Positions 21,270-30,151 of a stretch of 58,670 nt of DNA are shown piece after piece (the first letter of the stretch is position 1; every line of letters begins with the position of its first letter). A model generated the notes under the pieces. It did no database searches and was not told where the DNA came from. It was given only the letters and a program-made list of their open reading frames with translations. This stretch comes from an uncultured Ectothiorhodospiraceae bacterium (GTDB lineage Bacteria > Pseudomonadota > Gammaproteobacteria > UBA9214). The stretch covers positions 1-58,670 of the forward strand of contig CAMYJZ010000008.1 of the NCBI GenBank assembly GCA_947258845.1, read 5' to 3'. Both the position numbers and the translations under genes were made by a program.

Positions 21270-22628
21270 ATGTCTGAAATCCAGAGCACATCAAACGAAT
21301 TGGAATTTCCGCAGCAGTCGCAGCTGGAGGAGATGATGCACGATGTCATTGTCCAGGCGCAGAAGCTGGGTGCTGACGGTGTGGAAGCCGGCGTCAGCAT
21401 CGATGCAGGTCTGTCCGTGACGGTGCGCCTGGGTGAAACGGAGACCCTGGAGTACAACCGTGACCGGGGGCTGGGGCTGACGGTCTATTTCGACCATCGC
21501 AAGGGCTCGGCAAGCACCGCGGATTTCGGGTCCGCCAGTATCAGTGCCACCGTGCAGGCGGCCTGTGATATTGCCCGTTATACCAGCACGGACCCATGCG
21601 CCGGTCTCGCCGATGCCGGACGCATGGCCAGTGTCATTCCCGACCTGGACCTTTATCACCCCTGGCAACTCGACGTCGACCAGGCCATCGATCTGGCGCG
21701 CGACTGCGAGGCGGCGGCCCGGGCCGTGGATGACCGTATTGTGAATTCCGAGGGCGGGACCTTGTCCAGCTATACCGGCATGCGGGTGTCGGCCAACAGC
21801 CACGGTTTCCTGGGTGGCTACCGGACCAGCCGTCACAGCCTGAGTTGTTCCGTGGTGGGCCAGCAGGGCGATGAAATGCAGCGTGATCACTGGTATGTGA
21901 GCACACGCGATTACCGTGACCTGCCTCTACCCGTGGAGGTCGGGCGCATGGCCGGGGAACGCACCGTCAGGCGCCTGGGCACCCGACGGCTGAGCACGCG
22001 CCAGGTACCGGTGATTTTTGTTGCCGACGTCGCACGCGGCCTGTTCGGCAGTTTCATCAGCGCCATCAAGGGCAGCAGTCTCTACCGCAGGTCATCCTTT
22101 TTGGTGGACCACCTCGGTAAACAGGTATTCCCGGACTTCATGCATATTCACGAGCAGCCGCTGTTGAAGAAGGCCCTGGGCAGTGCTCCCTACGACAGTG
22201 AAGGGGTCGCCACCGGTGCCCGCGACCTGGTCCTGGATGGCGTGCTGCAGGGCTACGTGCTGGACAGCTATTCCGCCTGCAAGCTGGGGATGGAGACCAC
22301 TGCCAATGCCGGCGGCGTGCGTAACCTGACCATCGATCCGGGTGACAAGGACCTGCCGGGGCTGTTGCGGACAATGGATACCGGCCTGCTGGTGACCGAG
22401 TTGATCGGCTTCGGGGTGAATGTGCTGACGGGAGACTACTCGCGCGGTGTCGCCGGCTTCTGGGTCGAGAACGGCGAGATCCGCTATCCCGTTGACGAGA
22501 TCACCGTGGCCGGCAACCTCCGGGACATGTTCATGGGAATGGTCGAGGTCGGCAATGACGTGGACCTGCGCGGGAATATCCGCAGTGGCTCGGTGTTGAT
22601 CGAGCAGATGACCATCGCGGGCGCCTGA
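21270..22628 (+). CDS. pmbA: Metalloprotease PmbA (TldE)
   Basis: Start re-picked at ATG 21270 (GGAAGGA RBS): MSEIQSTSNELEF... It ends ...GNIRSGSVLIEQMTIAG. PmbA/TldD family pattern throughout. Confidence 0.93.
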   Translation: MSEIQSTSNELEFPQQSQLEEMMHDVIVQAQKLGADGVEAGVSIDAGLSVTVRLGETETLEYNRDRGLGLTVYFDHRKGSASTADFGSASISATVQAACDIARYTSTDPCAGLADAGRMASVIPDLDLYHPWQLDVDQAIDLARDCEAAARAVDDRIVNSEGGTLSSYTGMRVSANSHGFLGGYRTSRHSLSCSVVGQQGDEMQRDHWYVSTRDYRDLPLPVEVGRMAGERTVRRLGTRRLSTRQVPVIFVADVARGLFGSFISAIKGSSLYRRSSFLVDHLGKQVFPDFMHIHEQPLLKKALGSAPYDSEGVATGARDLVLDGVLQGYVLDSYSACKLGMETTANAGGVRNLTIDPGDKDLPGLLRTMDTGLLVTELIGFGVNVLTGDYSRGVAGFWVENGEIRYPVDEITVAGNLRDMFMGMVEVGNDVDLRGNIRSGSVLIEQMTIAGA

Positions 22629-22700
22629 AGATGGTCAGGGCGATCCAGGCCTCTCCCGCTGATTCCTGAAGGCCAAAGTTCGCAGCAGACGGGACGTATT

Positions 22701-23798
22701 CTAACCAGGTGCCGGTGCGACAATCTCGACCGTGTCGGCCTCCGCCATCTCTTGGATGGCCAGGTCCATATCGATCTGGTCGGGATTATCCTTGCTCTGT
22801 TGACGCAACAGGCTGACCAGCTCGTCCTGTTCGATGATGCGTTGCCCACCCCTTTTGTCCCTGAGGAAGGCGGCCCAGGGGACGAACTTGGTGGTGGGAA
22901 AAAGTTCCCCGGGCTGCGGGGAGATGTCGATATTCATCCCGGAAATATAAAACAGGCACTTGTCATGAAAGATGTCCGCATGGGCGATGGTGCGCAGGGT
23001 GCGGTCGAACTCGACCTGGGTGTTGATCTGTGCGGCGGTCAACAGCGGCCAGGGTGATGTCACGATCCAGGGCATGGGATATATCAGTTCCAGTTCCTGG
23101 TGATGGCGACCCTCAACGATTTCATCAAGCTCGCGCCGGAAGAAAAACATGCCCGGCTTCAGGTGGTCACCGATGGGAATCCGCTGACCGTCCTTGAGCT
23201 TGCTCTCGAGATGCGCAAGCTCCTGTTGCAGGGCCTCGCTGGCCAGAAAGCTCTTGGCGGTGCTGTGCGTGTGCAGCGGGGTGAAGTTGCCTTCCGCATC
23301 ACGCCTGACCAGGCGGGCCAGCTTGAGGAACAGGCCTTCCTTGCGGTTCCCGCGCAGCAGGCCGTTGTCAATCCGCAGGCATAACGCGCCGTCTGAGCAT
23401 TCCAGCAGGATGTCGGCCTGGCGGCTGTCCCGGGTGTGTACCCGGTTGTAGGTGCCGAACTGCTGGCTGTCGGGTTCGTAGCCGACGTGGCTGGCGTGAA
23501 TGATGACCAGTCCCTCTCCGTGATCGGCGTAAGGCCCATGGCGATCCGTTGCAACCACGGCTCCACCGCGACCGTGGTTGAACGGGAAGGTGCCGAAGTG
23601 CTTGGTGAGGAGAATGATCGGGTAGCCCTGGTTCTCGTCGGCACAGAAGGCGCGTGACGGGAGCATCATGCCCGTTTCGAACCCCAGCGACTTGACGTAG
23701 TTGTAGAGCCGGGGCACGAAGCTGCTGTAGCGAAACGTGGCGCCCTCGATGCGAAAGTTATTTACCAGTTCCTCGACGTTGGCTGCAAATGTAAACAT
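22701..23798 (-). CDS. Orphan 365-aa protein of unknown function; speculative LCIB-like beta-carbonic-anhydrase-type Cys/His/Cys site
   Basis: Long ORF with protein-like composition, convergent with pmbA. Cys52 (FCADENQG), His101/His104 (IIHASHVGY) and Cys134 (LLECSDG) are spaced like a beta-CA-type zinc site. I do not recognise a named family with confidence. Confidence 0.7.
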   Translation of the reverse strand: MFTFAANVEELVNNFRIEGATFRYSSFVPRLYNYVKSLGFETGMMLPSRAFCADENQGYPIILLTKHFGTFPFNHGRGGAVVATDRHGPYADHGEGLVIIHASHVGYEPDSQQFGTYNRVHTRDSRQADILLECSDGALCLRIDNGLLRGNRKEGLFLKLARLVRRDAEGNFTPLHTHSTAKSFLASEALQQELAHLESKLKDGQRIPIGDHLKPGMFFFRRELDEIVEGRHHQELELIYPMPWIVTSPWPLLTAAQINTQVEFDRTLRTIAHADIFHDKCLFYISGMNIDISPQPGELFPTTKFVPWAAFLRDKRGGQRIIEQDELVSLLRQQSKDNPDQIDMDLAIQEMAEADTVEIVAPAPG

Positions 23799-23993
23799 CA
23801 GTACCGCTGGTCTCCATGTCGGGTGGTAAGGATATCAAAGCAACTAAATGTGGATATGTTGCGTGTGGTCACCGCGCCTGTTGCACGGCAGGTTCTGCTC
23901 TTCAAAGTATGCATGATGCGGAGTAATCTTGCCAAGGCATACAGATCGATTGCGTAGATTACAGTACCCGATCATGCATGTAGAGGGTGATAC

Positions 23994-24338
23994 GGGCGCC
24001 GCCTCCAGGTGCTTCCGATTGAAACGTGTCCGTCCGTTACGGATGTGGTCAACCCCGCCTGGGCCGGGACCGGCGATCTTGCTGGCAAGGATGATTCTGT
24101 TGCGATTGCCGGATTTGTGCAGCCAGTTGCCGATGATCTCCCCGGTGCGGGCATAGGTCTTCGCCTGCGGCGGAATCGGGTACAGCTCCGCGGTGTCGAA
24201 GAAATTCACGCCCTGTGACAAGGTGTAGTCCATTTGCTTGAAGGCCTCGGTTTGGCTGTTCTGCTCATCCCAGGTCATCGTGCCCAGGCAGATGGCGCTG
24301 ACATCGATGCCGGTGTTGCCGAGCTTCCGGTACTGCAT
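23994..24338 (-). pseudogene. Truncated Tas-like aldo/keto reductase: only about the first 115 codons are retained
   Basis: From ATG 24338: MQYRKLGNTGIDVSAICLGTMTWDEQNSQTEAFKQMDYTLSQGVNFFDTAELYPIPPQAKTYARTGEIIGNWLHKSGNRNRIILASKIAGPG...FNRKHLEAA. This parallels the E. coli Tas N-terminus (MQYHRIP...[42 protein letters not shown]...). Homology stops near 23996. The remaining 50 codons of track ORF 23844-24380 look unrelated. Confidence 0.65.
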
Positions 24339-24499
24339 GTGTTTCGGGTCCCGATTGTTGCCTGCTGCCAGTGTATCCAAAACCCGTGCAGCTTATATAC
24401 TTGATCCATATCAACGCACCCGGTGCCAAAATAGTGTATTTTGATCAGCGCTGGAGAGACAGGTGGTCGCTTCCAGAAAAGCAGGAGAGGTAAGCCATT

Positions 24500-24781
24500 A
24501 TGAGTTGCCATAATCCCGGATGCATCGGGAATTACGATTTCGACCAGATCGCACATTTTGCCCGCAAGCGTTTTATCGAGGGCTACCAGACCGTCACCTT
24601 GCTCGAACAGGCGCGATCGCAACGTGAAAAAGAAGAGATTGCGCTGGTCTGTATGCTGGATATTGCGGATGACCAGGTCCGCGACCTGCAACTCAGTTGC
24701 CGGCATAGCGAGTACTGCAAGGTAACCACCTGCAGGAGCAAGCTGAAAAAGATGATCGCCGCGGAACTGGCAGTTAATTAG
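24500..24781 (+). CDS. Small Cys-rich hypothetical protein (93 aa)
   Basis: AGGAGAGG RBS 9 nt upstream of the ATG. Protein-like sequence MSCHNPGCIGNYDFDQIAHFARKRFIEGYQTVTLLEQARSQREKEE... A competing antisense ORF (24275-24706) is judged less likely. Confidence 0.45.
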   Translation: MSCHNPGCIGNYDFDQIAHFARKRFIEGYQTVTLLEQARSQREKEEIALVCMLDIADDQVRDLQLSCRHSEYCKVTTCRSKLKKMIAAELAVN

Positions 24782-24818
24782 ACTTGCCGTTGCGATACGC
24801 TCACAAGAACGGTTTACG

Positions 24819-25163
24819 ATGACTGTTCTGACCGTACTGCACCGTATCCATGAGATCCTGCTTAATCACCCCGGGGAGAACGCTGCCTGGATGGCATCTG
24901 TGATCGAGCTCGGCGGAAAGGATGAAACCCGCTTCTATCGTGAACTGAATTCGAAACGCATGTGGGGTGGGGCCGGGTCCATCGCCAATCAGGCCCTGGC
25001 GGACAACCCGGGCATGGACGAACAGGCCTGGCAGGTGGAAATACGGGCGTTCCGGGATCTCATGATCGAGCTGGGCAATCTCCTGCAAGCGCGCGGCAAT
25101 GCCTGTCCTGATATTTCCAGCTGGTTGCTGGCGTTCAATAACTGGAACCAGTCGGGGATCTGA
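24819..25163 (+). CDS. Hypothetical protein (114 aa)
   Basis: MTVLTVLHRIHEILLNHPGENAAWMASVIELGGKDETRFYRELNSKRMWGGAGSIANQALAD... Globular-looking. The WGGxGS motif vaguely recalls small DUF/immunity-like families, which I cannot verify. No clear RBS. Confidence 0.45.
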   Translation: MTVLTVLHRIHEILLNHPGENAAWMASVIELGGKDETRFYRELNSKRMWGGAGSIANQALADNPGMDEQAWQVEIRAFRDLMIELGNLLQARGNACPDISSWLLAFNNWNQSGI

Positions 25164-25304
25164 TCCGGGCCGGAGCAGGATTCCCCGACACGGTGATGTG
25201 TCCGGATGACGGCAATGGTTCGCCTGCTGCCCGTTTTGCAGCGGCAACTCATTCCAGCTGCATGAAGAACAGGTCCTGAACCGGGAAGGGCACTTTTCCG
25301 GCGT

Positions 25305-26663
25305 TCAGACCAGGAAGATCGTTCCCAGTCCCAGGAACACCATGAAGCCCACCACGTCCGTGACGGTCGTCAGCAACACGGTGCCGGCGTGCGCCGGGTC
25401 GATGTTCATACGCTTCAAAATAAAGGGAATGGACAGGCCGGAGATTGCAGCGCACACGAGGTTGATGATCAGTGCAACCGCAATGATCATGCCGATGGCC
25501 TTGTCCTGGAACCACAGGGTCGCGATTACGGCGACTACCAGGGACCAGCCGATGCCGTTCAATACCGTAACGGCCAGTTCCTTGTACATCAGCCAGCGTG
25601 CATTGGTCCTTCCCACCTTGCCCAGTGCCAGGCCGCGGATCACGATAATCAGGGTCTGGCTACCGGCAATGCCGCCCATGCTGGCGACGATGGGCATGAG
25701 TACGGCCAGGGCGACGACCTGCTCGAGGGTTGCCTGGAACAGGCCGATGACCCAGGACGCGAGGAAGGCGGTGAACAGGTTGATGCCCAGCCACAGGGCG
25801 CGACGCCGGGCGCTGATCACAATCGGGGCGAAGGTGTCATCCTCTTCATCGAGGCCGGCCATGCTCAGCAGGTGATGGTCGGCATCCTCACGGATAACGT
25901 CCACCACGTCATCGATAGTGATACGGCCCAGCAGTTTGCCGGTCTCGTCGACCACCGGTGCAGACACCAGGTCGCGGTTTTCGAACAGTCGGGCGACCTC
26001 GTCATCCGGCATGCTGGCAGGGATCGGCTGTACCTCGCGGTCCATCACCGTGGCTACCAGCACTTCGGGATCACTGGTCAGCAGCGTGGTCAGGGGCAGC
26101 AGGCCCTTGTACTGGCCGGCGCGGTCCACCACGAACAGGGTGTCGGTAGTGGCGGGGATTTCCTCGTGTAGCCGCAGGTAGCGCAGGATGACATCGATGC
26201 TGACGTCAGCCCGCACGGTCACGGTGTCGACGTTCATGATGCCGCCGGCACTGTCTTCCGGGTAGTGCAGCACCGCTACCAGCCGATCGCGGTTCTGCTT
26301 GTCCATGGAGCGCAGCACTTCCTGGATGACCGCGCCGGGCAGATCCTTGAGCAGATCGGCGAGATCGTCGGCATCCAGGCCGTCGGTGGCGGCAATCAGG
26401 TCGTGGGTCTCCATCTCGTTGATGAGACCGGCCCGTACCTCGTCGTTTACGTGGACCAGTGACTCACCACGGTCATCCGGATTGACCAGTTCCCAGAAGA
26501 TTTCGCGCGGCCCGTGCGGGAACGATTCCAGCAGTTCGGCAATTTCCGCCGGGTGCAGGTTGACCAGCAGGTTGCGGATCTGGCCGGCCGCACCGGAGTC
26601 CATCGCCTGTGTGAGCAGTTCCAGGCGGCTTTCTGTGCTGTGTGTTTCTGCGGTTTCGGTCAT
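25305..26663 (-). CDS. mgtE: Magnesium transporter MgtE
   Basis: 452 aa. It has an N-terminal MgtE domain, tandem CBS domains and a C-terminal 5-TM domain (IVASMGGIAGSQTLIIVIRGLALG...DPAHAGTVLLTTVTDVVGF). Confidence 0.95.
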   Translation of the reverse strand: MTETAETHSTESRLELLTQAMDSGAAGQIRNLLVNLHPAEIAELLESFPHGPREIFWELVNPDDRGESLVHVNDEVRAGLINEMETHDLIAATDGLDADDLADLLKDLPGAVIQEVLRSMDKQNRDRLVAVLHYPEDSAGGIMNVDTVTVRADVSIDVILRYLRLHEEIPATTDTLFVVDRAGQYKGLLPLTTLLTSDPEVLVATVMDREVQPIPASMPDDEVARLFENRDLVSAPVVDETGKLLGRITIDDVVDVIREDADHHLLSMAGLDEEDDTFAPIVISARRRALWLGINLFTAFLASWVIGLFQATLEQVVALAVLMPIVASMGGIAGSQTLIIVIRGLALGKVGRTNARWLMYKELAVTVLNGIGWSLVVAVIATLWFQDKAIGMIIAVALIINLVCAAISGLSIPFILKRMNIDPAHAGTVLLTTVTDVVGFMVFLGLGTIFLV

Positions 26664-26803
26664 GGCTGCGATTCCGTCGCGGTCAGGGGCGGAAGGTCCC
26701 GCTCATGAAGGCAGTTGGAAGTGTACCAGCCTGTTCGGTCGACAGTAAGGGAAGGGCGGGCGGTTCCGGGCAGGGGGGAGCCGCGGGGCCTGACTACACG
26801 GTC

Positions 26804-28537
26804 TCAGCGCAGCGTGTTGTTGAAGGTTTCGATTTGTGCAAGGATCCGTGCCGGATCATCAGCCCGGAGCAAGGCCTCGACATCAGGGGCAAGGGACTCG
26901 ATGGCGCTCTGGTTGATAACGCGCTTGACCTCCTGCAGAGCGGTGTGATGCATGCTGAATTCAGTCAGCCCCATGCCCAGCAGCAGGCGGGTATAGCGCG
27001 GATCGCCGGCCATCTCACCGCACATGGCGACCGGGATGCCGGCCTCCTGTCCGGCATCGATTACCATCTTGATCAGCCGCAAGACGGCCGGGTGCAGCGG
27101 GTCGTACAGGTAGTTGACCTCGTCGTCCACGCGGTCGATAGCCAGGGTGTACTGGATCAGGTCATTGGTGCCGATGGACAGGAAGTCCAGGTGCCTGGCG
27201 AAGGCCCCGGCAGACAGGGCGGCGGCAGGGACCTCGATCATGCCGCCGATCTGGATATGCGGATCGTAGGCCAGGCCCTCGCGCTCCAGTGTATCCTTGG
27301 TCTGCTGGATCAGGTTGAGCACCTGGTGCAGCTCCTGGGTATTGGACAGCATGGGGATCATCATGCGAACCGGACCGAGGGAGGAGGCACGCAGGATGGA
27401 TCGCAGCTGCGGCAAGAACAGACTGGGATCCTTGAGGCACAGGCGGATGGCGCGCAGGCCCAGGGCCGGGTTGCTGCAGCGATTGCCGGATCTGTCGACG
27501 CCCTTGTCTGCCCCTATGTCCAGGGTGCGGATGGTCAGCGGCCTGCCGTTCATGGCGTCGATTACGCGGCTGTAGCAGTCGTATTGCTCTTCCTCGTCCG
27601 GTGGCTCGGCCCGGTTCATGAACAGGAACTCGGTCCGGTACAGGCCAACCCCGTTGGTGTTCTCCCTGGCCACAGCCTCGATATCATCCGGGAGCTCGAT
27701 ATTCGCCATCAGGGTAATCGCTGCGTGGTCCAGGGTCACCGCCGGGGTCTGGACCATGCTGGCGAGTTCGGCACGGTGCTGTTCCTCGCGCGCCTCTTTT
27801 TCGAGGTAGTGTTCCAGGGTCCGTTGATCCGGCTCCACGATCAGGATGCCCTGCTGGCCATCGAGAATGATGCGTTCCCCGTCACGGATATACTGCTGGA
27901 TGCCGTGGGCACCGACCACCGCGGGTATTCTCACACTGCGGGCAAGGATGGCGGTATGTGACAGCGGACCGCCGGATTCCGTGGCAAAACCACTGATACC
28001 CTGGTGTTCGAGTACCACGGTTTCCGCTGGCGTCAGGTCATCCGTCAGGACGATTGCACCCAGCAGGCTGTCCTCGGCGCGGTTGTCGCCCTGGCTGCTG
28101 GCGACCAGGATGCGTTGAATGCGGTTGATGACGTGATCGACGTCATCGCGGCGGGTACGCAGATAGGGATCATTCATCTGCTCGAACACCTCGACCAGGG
28201 CATTGCGCTGCAATTTCAGTGCCCATTCCGCATTGCAGCCATTTTGCCGGATCAGCTCAACGGGTGTGCTCACGATGGTGGCGTCATCCAGCATCAACAG
28301 GTGGGTATCGATGAAGGCCGCAATGTCGGCGCGCGTGTCGGCCGGAATATTGTCACGTATCGAGTTGAGCTGCAGCCGCGCGGTCTCTACGGCATTCATA
28401 AAGCGCGTGACCTCGCCCTCGATGAACTGCGGCGGGATGGCGCTTTCCAGGACTTCGATGCTGCCCCGCATGATGATGTGGGCCTTGCCGATGGCAACAC
28501 CGCGGGATACGCCTATTCCGTTCAATACGAGGCTCAT
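26804..28537 (-). CDS. ptsI: Phosphoenolpyruvate--protein phosphotransferase (PTS enzyme I, no GAF domain)
   Basis: 577 aa: MSLVLNGIGVSRGVAIGKAHI..., active-site GGPLSHTAILARS, and a PEP-utilising C-terminal TIM barrel (FLSIGTNDLIQYTLA). Confidence 0.93.
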   Translation of the reverse strand: MSLVLNGIGVSRGVAIGKAHIIMRGSIEVLESAIPPQFIEGEVTRFMNAVETARLQLNSIRDNIPADTRADIAAFIDTHLLMLDDATIVSTPVELIRQNGCNAEWALKLQRNALVEVFEQMNDPYLRTRRDDVDHVINRIQRILVASSQGDNRAEDSLLGAIVLTDDLTPAETVVLEHQGISGFATESGGPLSHTAILARSVRIPAVVGAHGIQQYIRDGERIILDGQQGILIVEPDQRTLEHYLEKEAREEQHRAELASMVQTPAVTLDHAAITLMANIELPDDIEAVARENTNGVGLYRTEFLFMNRAEPPDEEEQYDCYSRVIDAMNGRPLTIRTLDIGADKGVDRSGNRCSNPALGLRAIRLCLKDPSLFLPQLRSILRASSLGPVRMMIPMLSNTQELHQVLNLIQQTKDTLEREGLAYDPHIQIGGMIEVPAAALSAGAFARHLDFLSIGTNDLIQYTLAIDRVDDEVNYLYDPLHPAVLRLIKMVIDAGQEAGIPVAMCGEMAGDPRYTRLLLGMGLTEFSMHHTALQEVKRVINQSAIESLAPDVEALLRADDPARILAQIETFNNTLR

Positions 28538-28624
28538 GGCCTGTGTGGATCCTCTTGTCTTACGGGTGTAATCCGGCTGCCAGTCAATCGGGCAGCTTGC
28601 CGTTTACCGGCAGCCCGGGCAGGG

Positions 28625-28894
28625 CTATTCCTCTTCCCCGAATTTGCTCAGTACCAGCTCCTCGATGCGAGTGATGGCTTCATGTTCATCGGCGCCCTTG
28701 GTGGTGAGTGTCAGCAGGGTGCCCCTTGATGCGGCCAGCATCATGACACCCATGATACTCTTGCCATTGACGGTCTGGTTGTCCCTGGAGAGATCGATTT
28801 CGCTGGAAAAGGAAGAGGCCAGGGTGACGAACTTGGCTGCGGCGCGCGCATGCAGGCCCAGCTTGTTGATGATGGTTACCTGTTTTTGCTGCAT
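28625..28894 (-). CDS. ptsH: Phosphocarrier protein HPr, with both His15 and Ser46 contexts
   Basis: 89 aa. Contains NKLGLHARAAAKF (His15) and NGKSIMGVMML (Ser46, the HprK target). Confidence 0.9.
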   Translation of the reverse strand: MQQKQVTIINKLGLHARAAAKFVTLASSFSSEIDLSRDNQTVNGKSIMGVMMLAASRGTLLTLTTKGADEHEAITRIEELVLSKFGEEE

Positions 28895-28895
28895 G

Positions 28896-29297
28896 TTATC
28901 TGGCCGGTGGTGCTTTCGTCATTATGATGCCATCCCGGGCGCCGCTTTCAGCCTTGCTGGCAAGTTCATCCAGTGAGCACGAGGCATAATTCAGCACCCT
29001 TACCAGCATCGGCACATTCAGTCCGGAGACCACCAGTACCTTGTTTCCGTCGAGCAGGCGGGTGGCGATATTACTTGGCGTGCTGCCATAGAGATCGGTC
29101 AGCACCAGTACGCCATCCCCCTGGTCGAGCGCAATGCAGGCTGCAGAGGCGTCGGCATACACCGTGTCGGGATTGCTGTCTCCCGGGACATCGATGGTCA
29201 TGGTATTGAGAGGGGCGTTACCCAGGATCATCGCAGCCGTATCCAGTAGCTTGCTGCCCAGCTTGTCGTGGGTAATCAAAAGCAGGCCAACGTTCAT
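28896..29297 (-). CDS. PTS mannose/fructose-family EIIA component
   Basis: Start re-picked at ATG 29297: MNVGLLLITHDKLGSKLL... (phosphorylatable His in ITH). About 133 aa. A 4-nt overlap with the rapZ stop. Confidence 0.85.
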   Translation of the reverse strand: MNVGLLLITHDKLGSKLLDTAAMILGNAPLNTMTIDVPGDSNPDTVYADASAACIALDQGDGVLVLTDLYGSTPSNIATRLLDGNKVLVVSGLNVPMLVRVLNYASCSLDELASKAESGARDGIIMTKAPPAR

Positions 29298-30151
29298 TCC
29301 AGTTCCCGATGTCGCGTGACAATGCCGCCGAATTGCTCGCCGAGGCCCCTTGACAGGCGTTCGACCAGGTAGACAGAACGATGCTGCCCGCCGGTACAGC
29401 CGATCGCGATACTCAGATAGCTGCGGTTGTCTGCCCCGTAGCGGGGTACCCATGTTGCCAGAAATTGCTCGAGCTGCCCGTAGAATTCGTGGACCAGCGG
29501 TTCCCCTTCAAGGAATTCCATAACTTCATTATCAAGACCGCTGAGTTTGCGCAAGCCGGGTTCCCAGTGCGGGTTGGGCAGGCAGCGGGCATCGAAAACG
29601 AAATCGGCATCGGCTGGAATGCCGTGTTTGTAACCGAATGACCTGAGTACCAGGGAAAGCCCGGGACTCTCCTGTGCCCCCATGCATTCCCTGACAAACT
29701 CGCGCAGCTGGTGAATGTTGGTGCGGCTGGTATCGATAAACAGGTCGGCCCGGGCCGCGAGAGGCGCCAGCAGTTCGCGTTCCTTCTCGATGGCGTCGGC
29801 CAGCGGGGTGGCGGGATCCGTCAGGGGGTGCTTGCGGCGCGTTTCACTAAAGCGTTTCAGTAGAGTGTGGTTTTCAGCTTGAAAAAACAATATCTTGCAG
29901 TCGATCCCGTGCTTCTGCAGGTCATCGATAATGGCGGGGAAGTGGTTGATCTGGTCGGGGTGGTTGCGGGCATCGATGCCGGCGGCCACCCGGGTGATCT
30001 GCCTCAGGCGCGGTTGATTGAATTCATTCGAGAATGCCTCCAGCAGGCCAACCGGGAGATTGTCGATACAGTAGTAACCCATGTCTTCCAGGGTATGCAG
30101 GGCAGTGCTTTTCCCCGAGCCCGAGAGACCGCTGATGATCACCAGGTTCAT
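29294..30151 (-). CDS. rapZ: RNase adapter protein RapZ (YhbJ)
   Basis: 285 aa. MNLVIISGLSGSGKSTALHTLEDMGYYCIDNLP carries the Walker A motif. C-terminal IGCTGGQHRSV. Confidence 0.93.
   Translation of the reverse strand: MNLVIISGLSGSGKSTALHTLEDMGYYCIDNLPVGLLEAFSNEFNQPRLRQITRVAAGIDARNHPDQINHFPAIIDDLQKHGIDCKILFFQAENHTLLKRFSETRRKHPLTDPATPLADAIEKERELLAPLAARADLFIDTSRTNIHQLREFVRECMGAQESPGLSLVLRSFGYKHGIPADADFVFDARCLPNPHWEPGLRKLSGLDNEVMEFLEGEPLVHEFYGQLEQFLATWVPRYGADNRSYLSIAIGCTGGQHRSVYLVERLSRGLGEQFGGIVTRHRELE

Noticed and set aside
24275-24706. 143-aa minus-strand ORF overlapping the AKR remnant and the 93-aa plus ORF
   Set aside because: Its 3' half overlaps the AKR N-terminus out of frame. It has no RBS, whereas the plus-strand ORF has a strong one. 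Still, the coding strand in 24500-24700 is not proven.
24801-25247. 148-aa minus-strand ORF opposite the 114-aa plus ORF
   Set aside because: Pro/Arg/Gly-rich, antisense-like composition. The plus-strand product looks globular.
26664-26803. Possible M-box (Mg2+) riboswitch in the mgtE leader
   Set aside because: Reading the minus strand, I could not find the conserved M-box core sequences. The leader is short and GC-rich. An Rfam scan would be needed to exclude it formally.
26642-27961. 439-aa plus-strand ORF
   Set aside because: It is antisense to ptsI and to the mgtE-ptsI spacer. No motifs, and an antisense-type composition.
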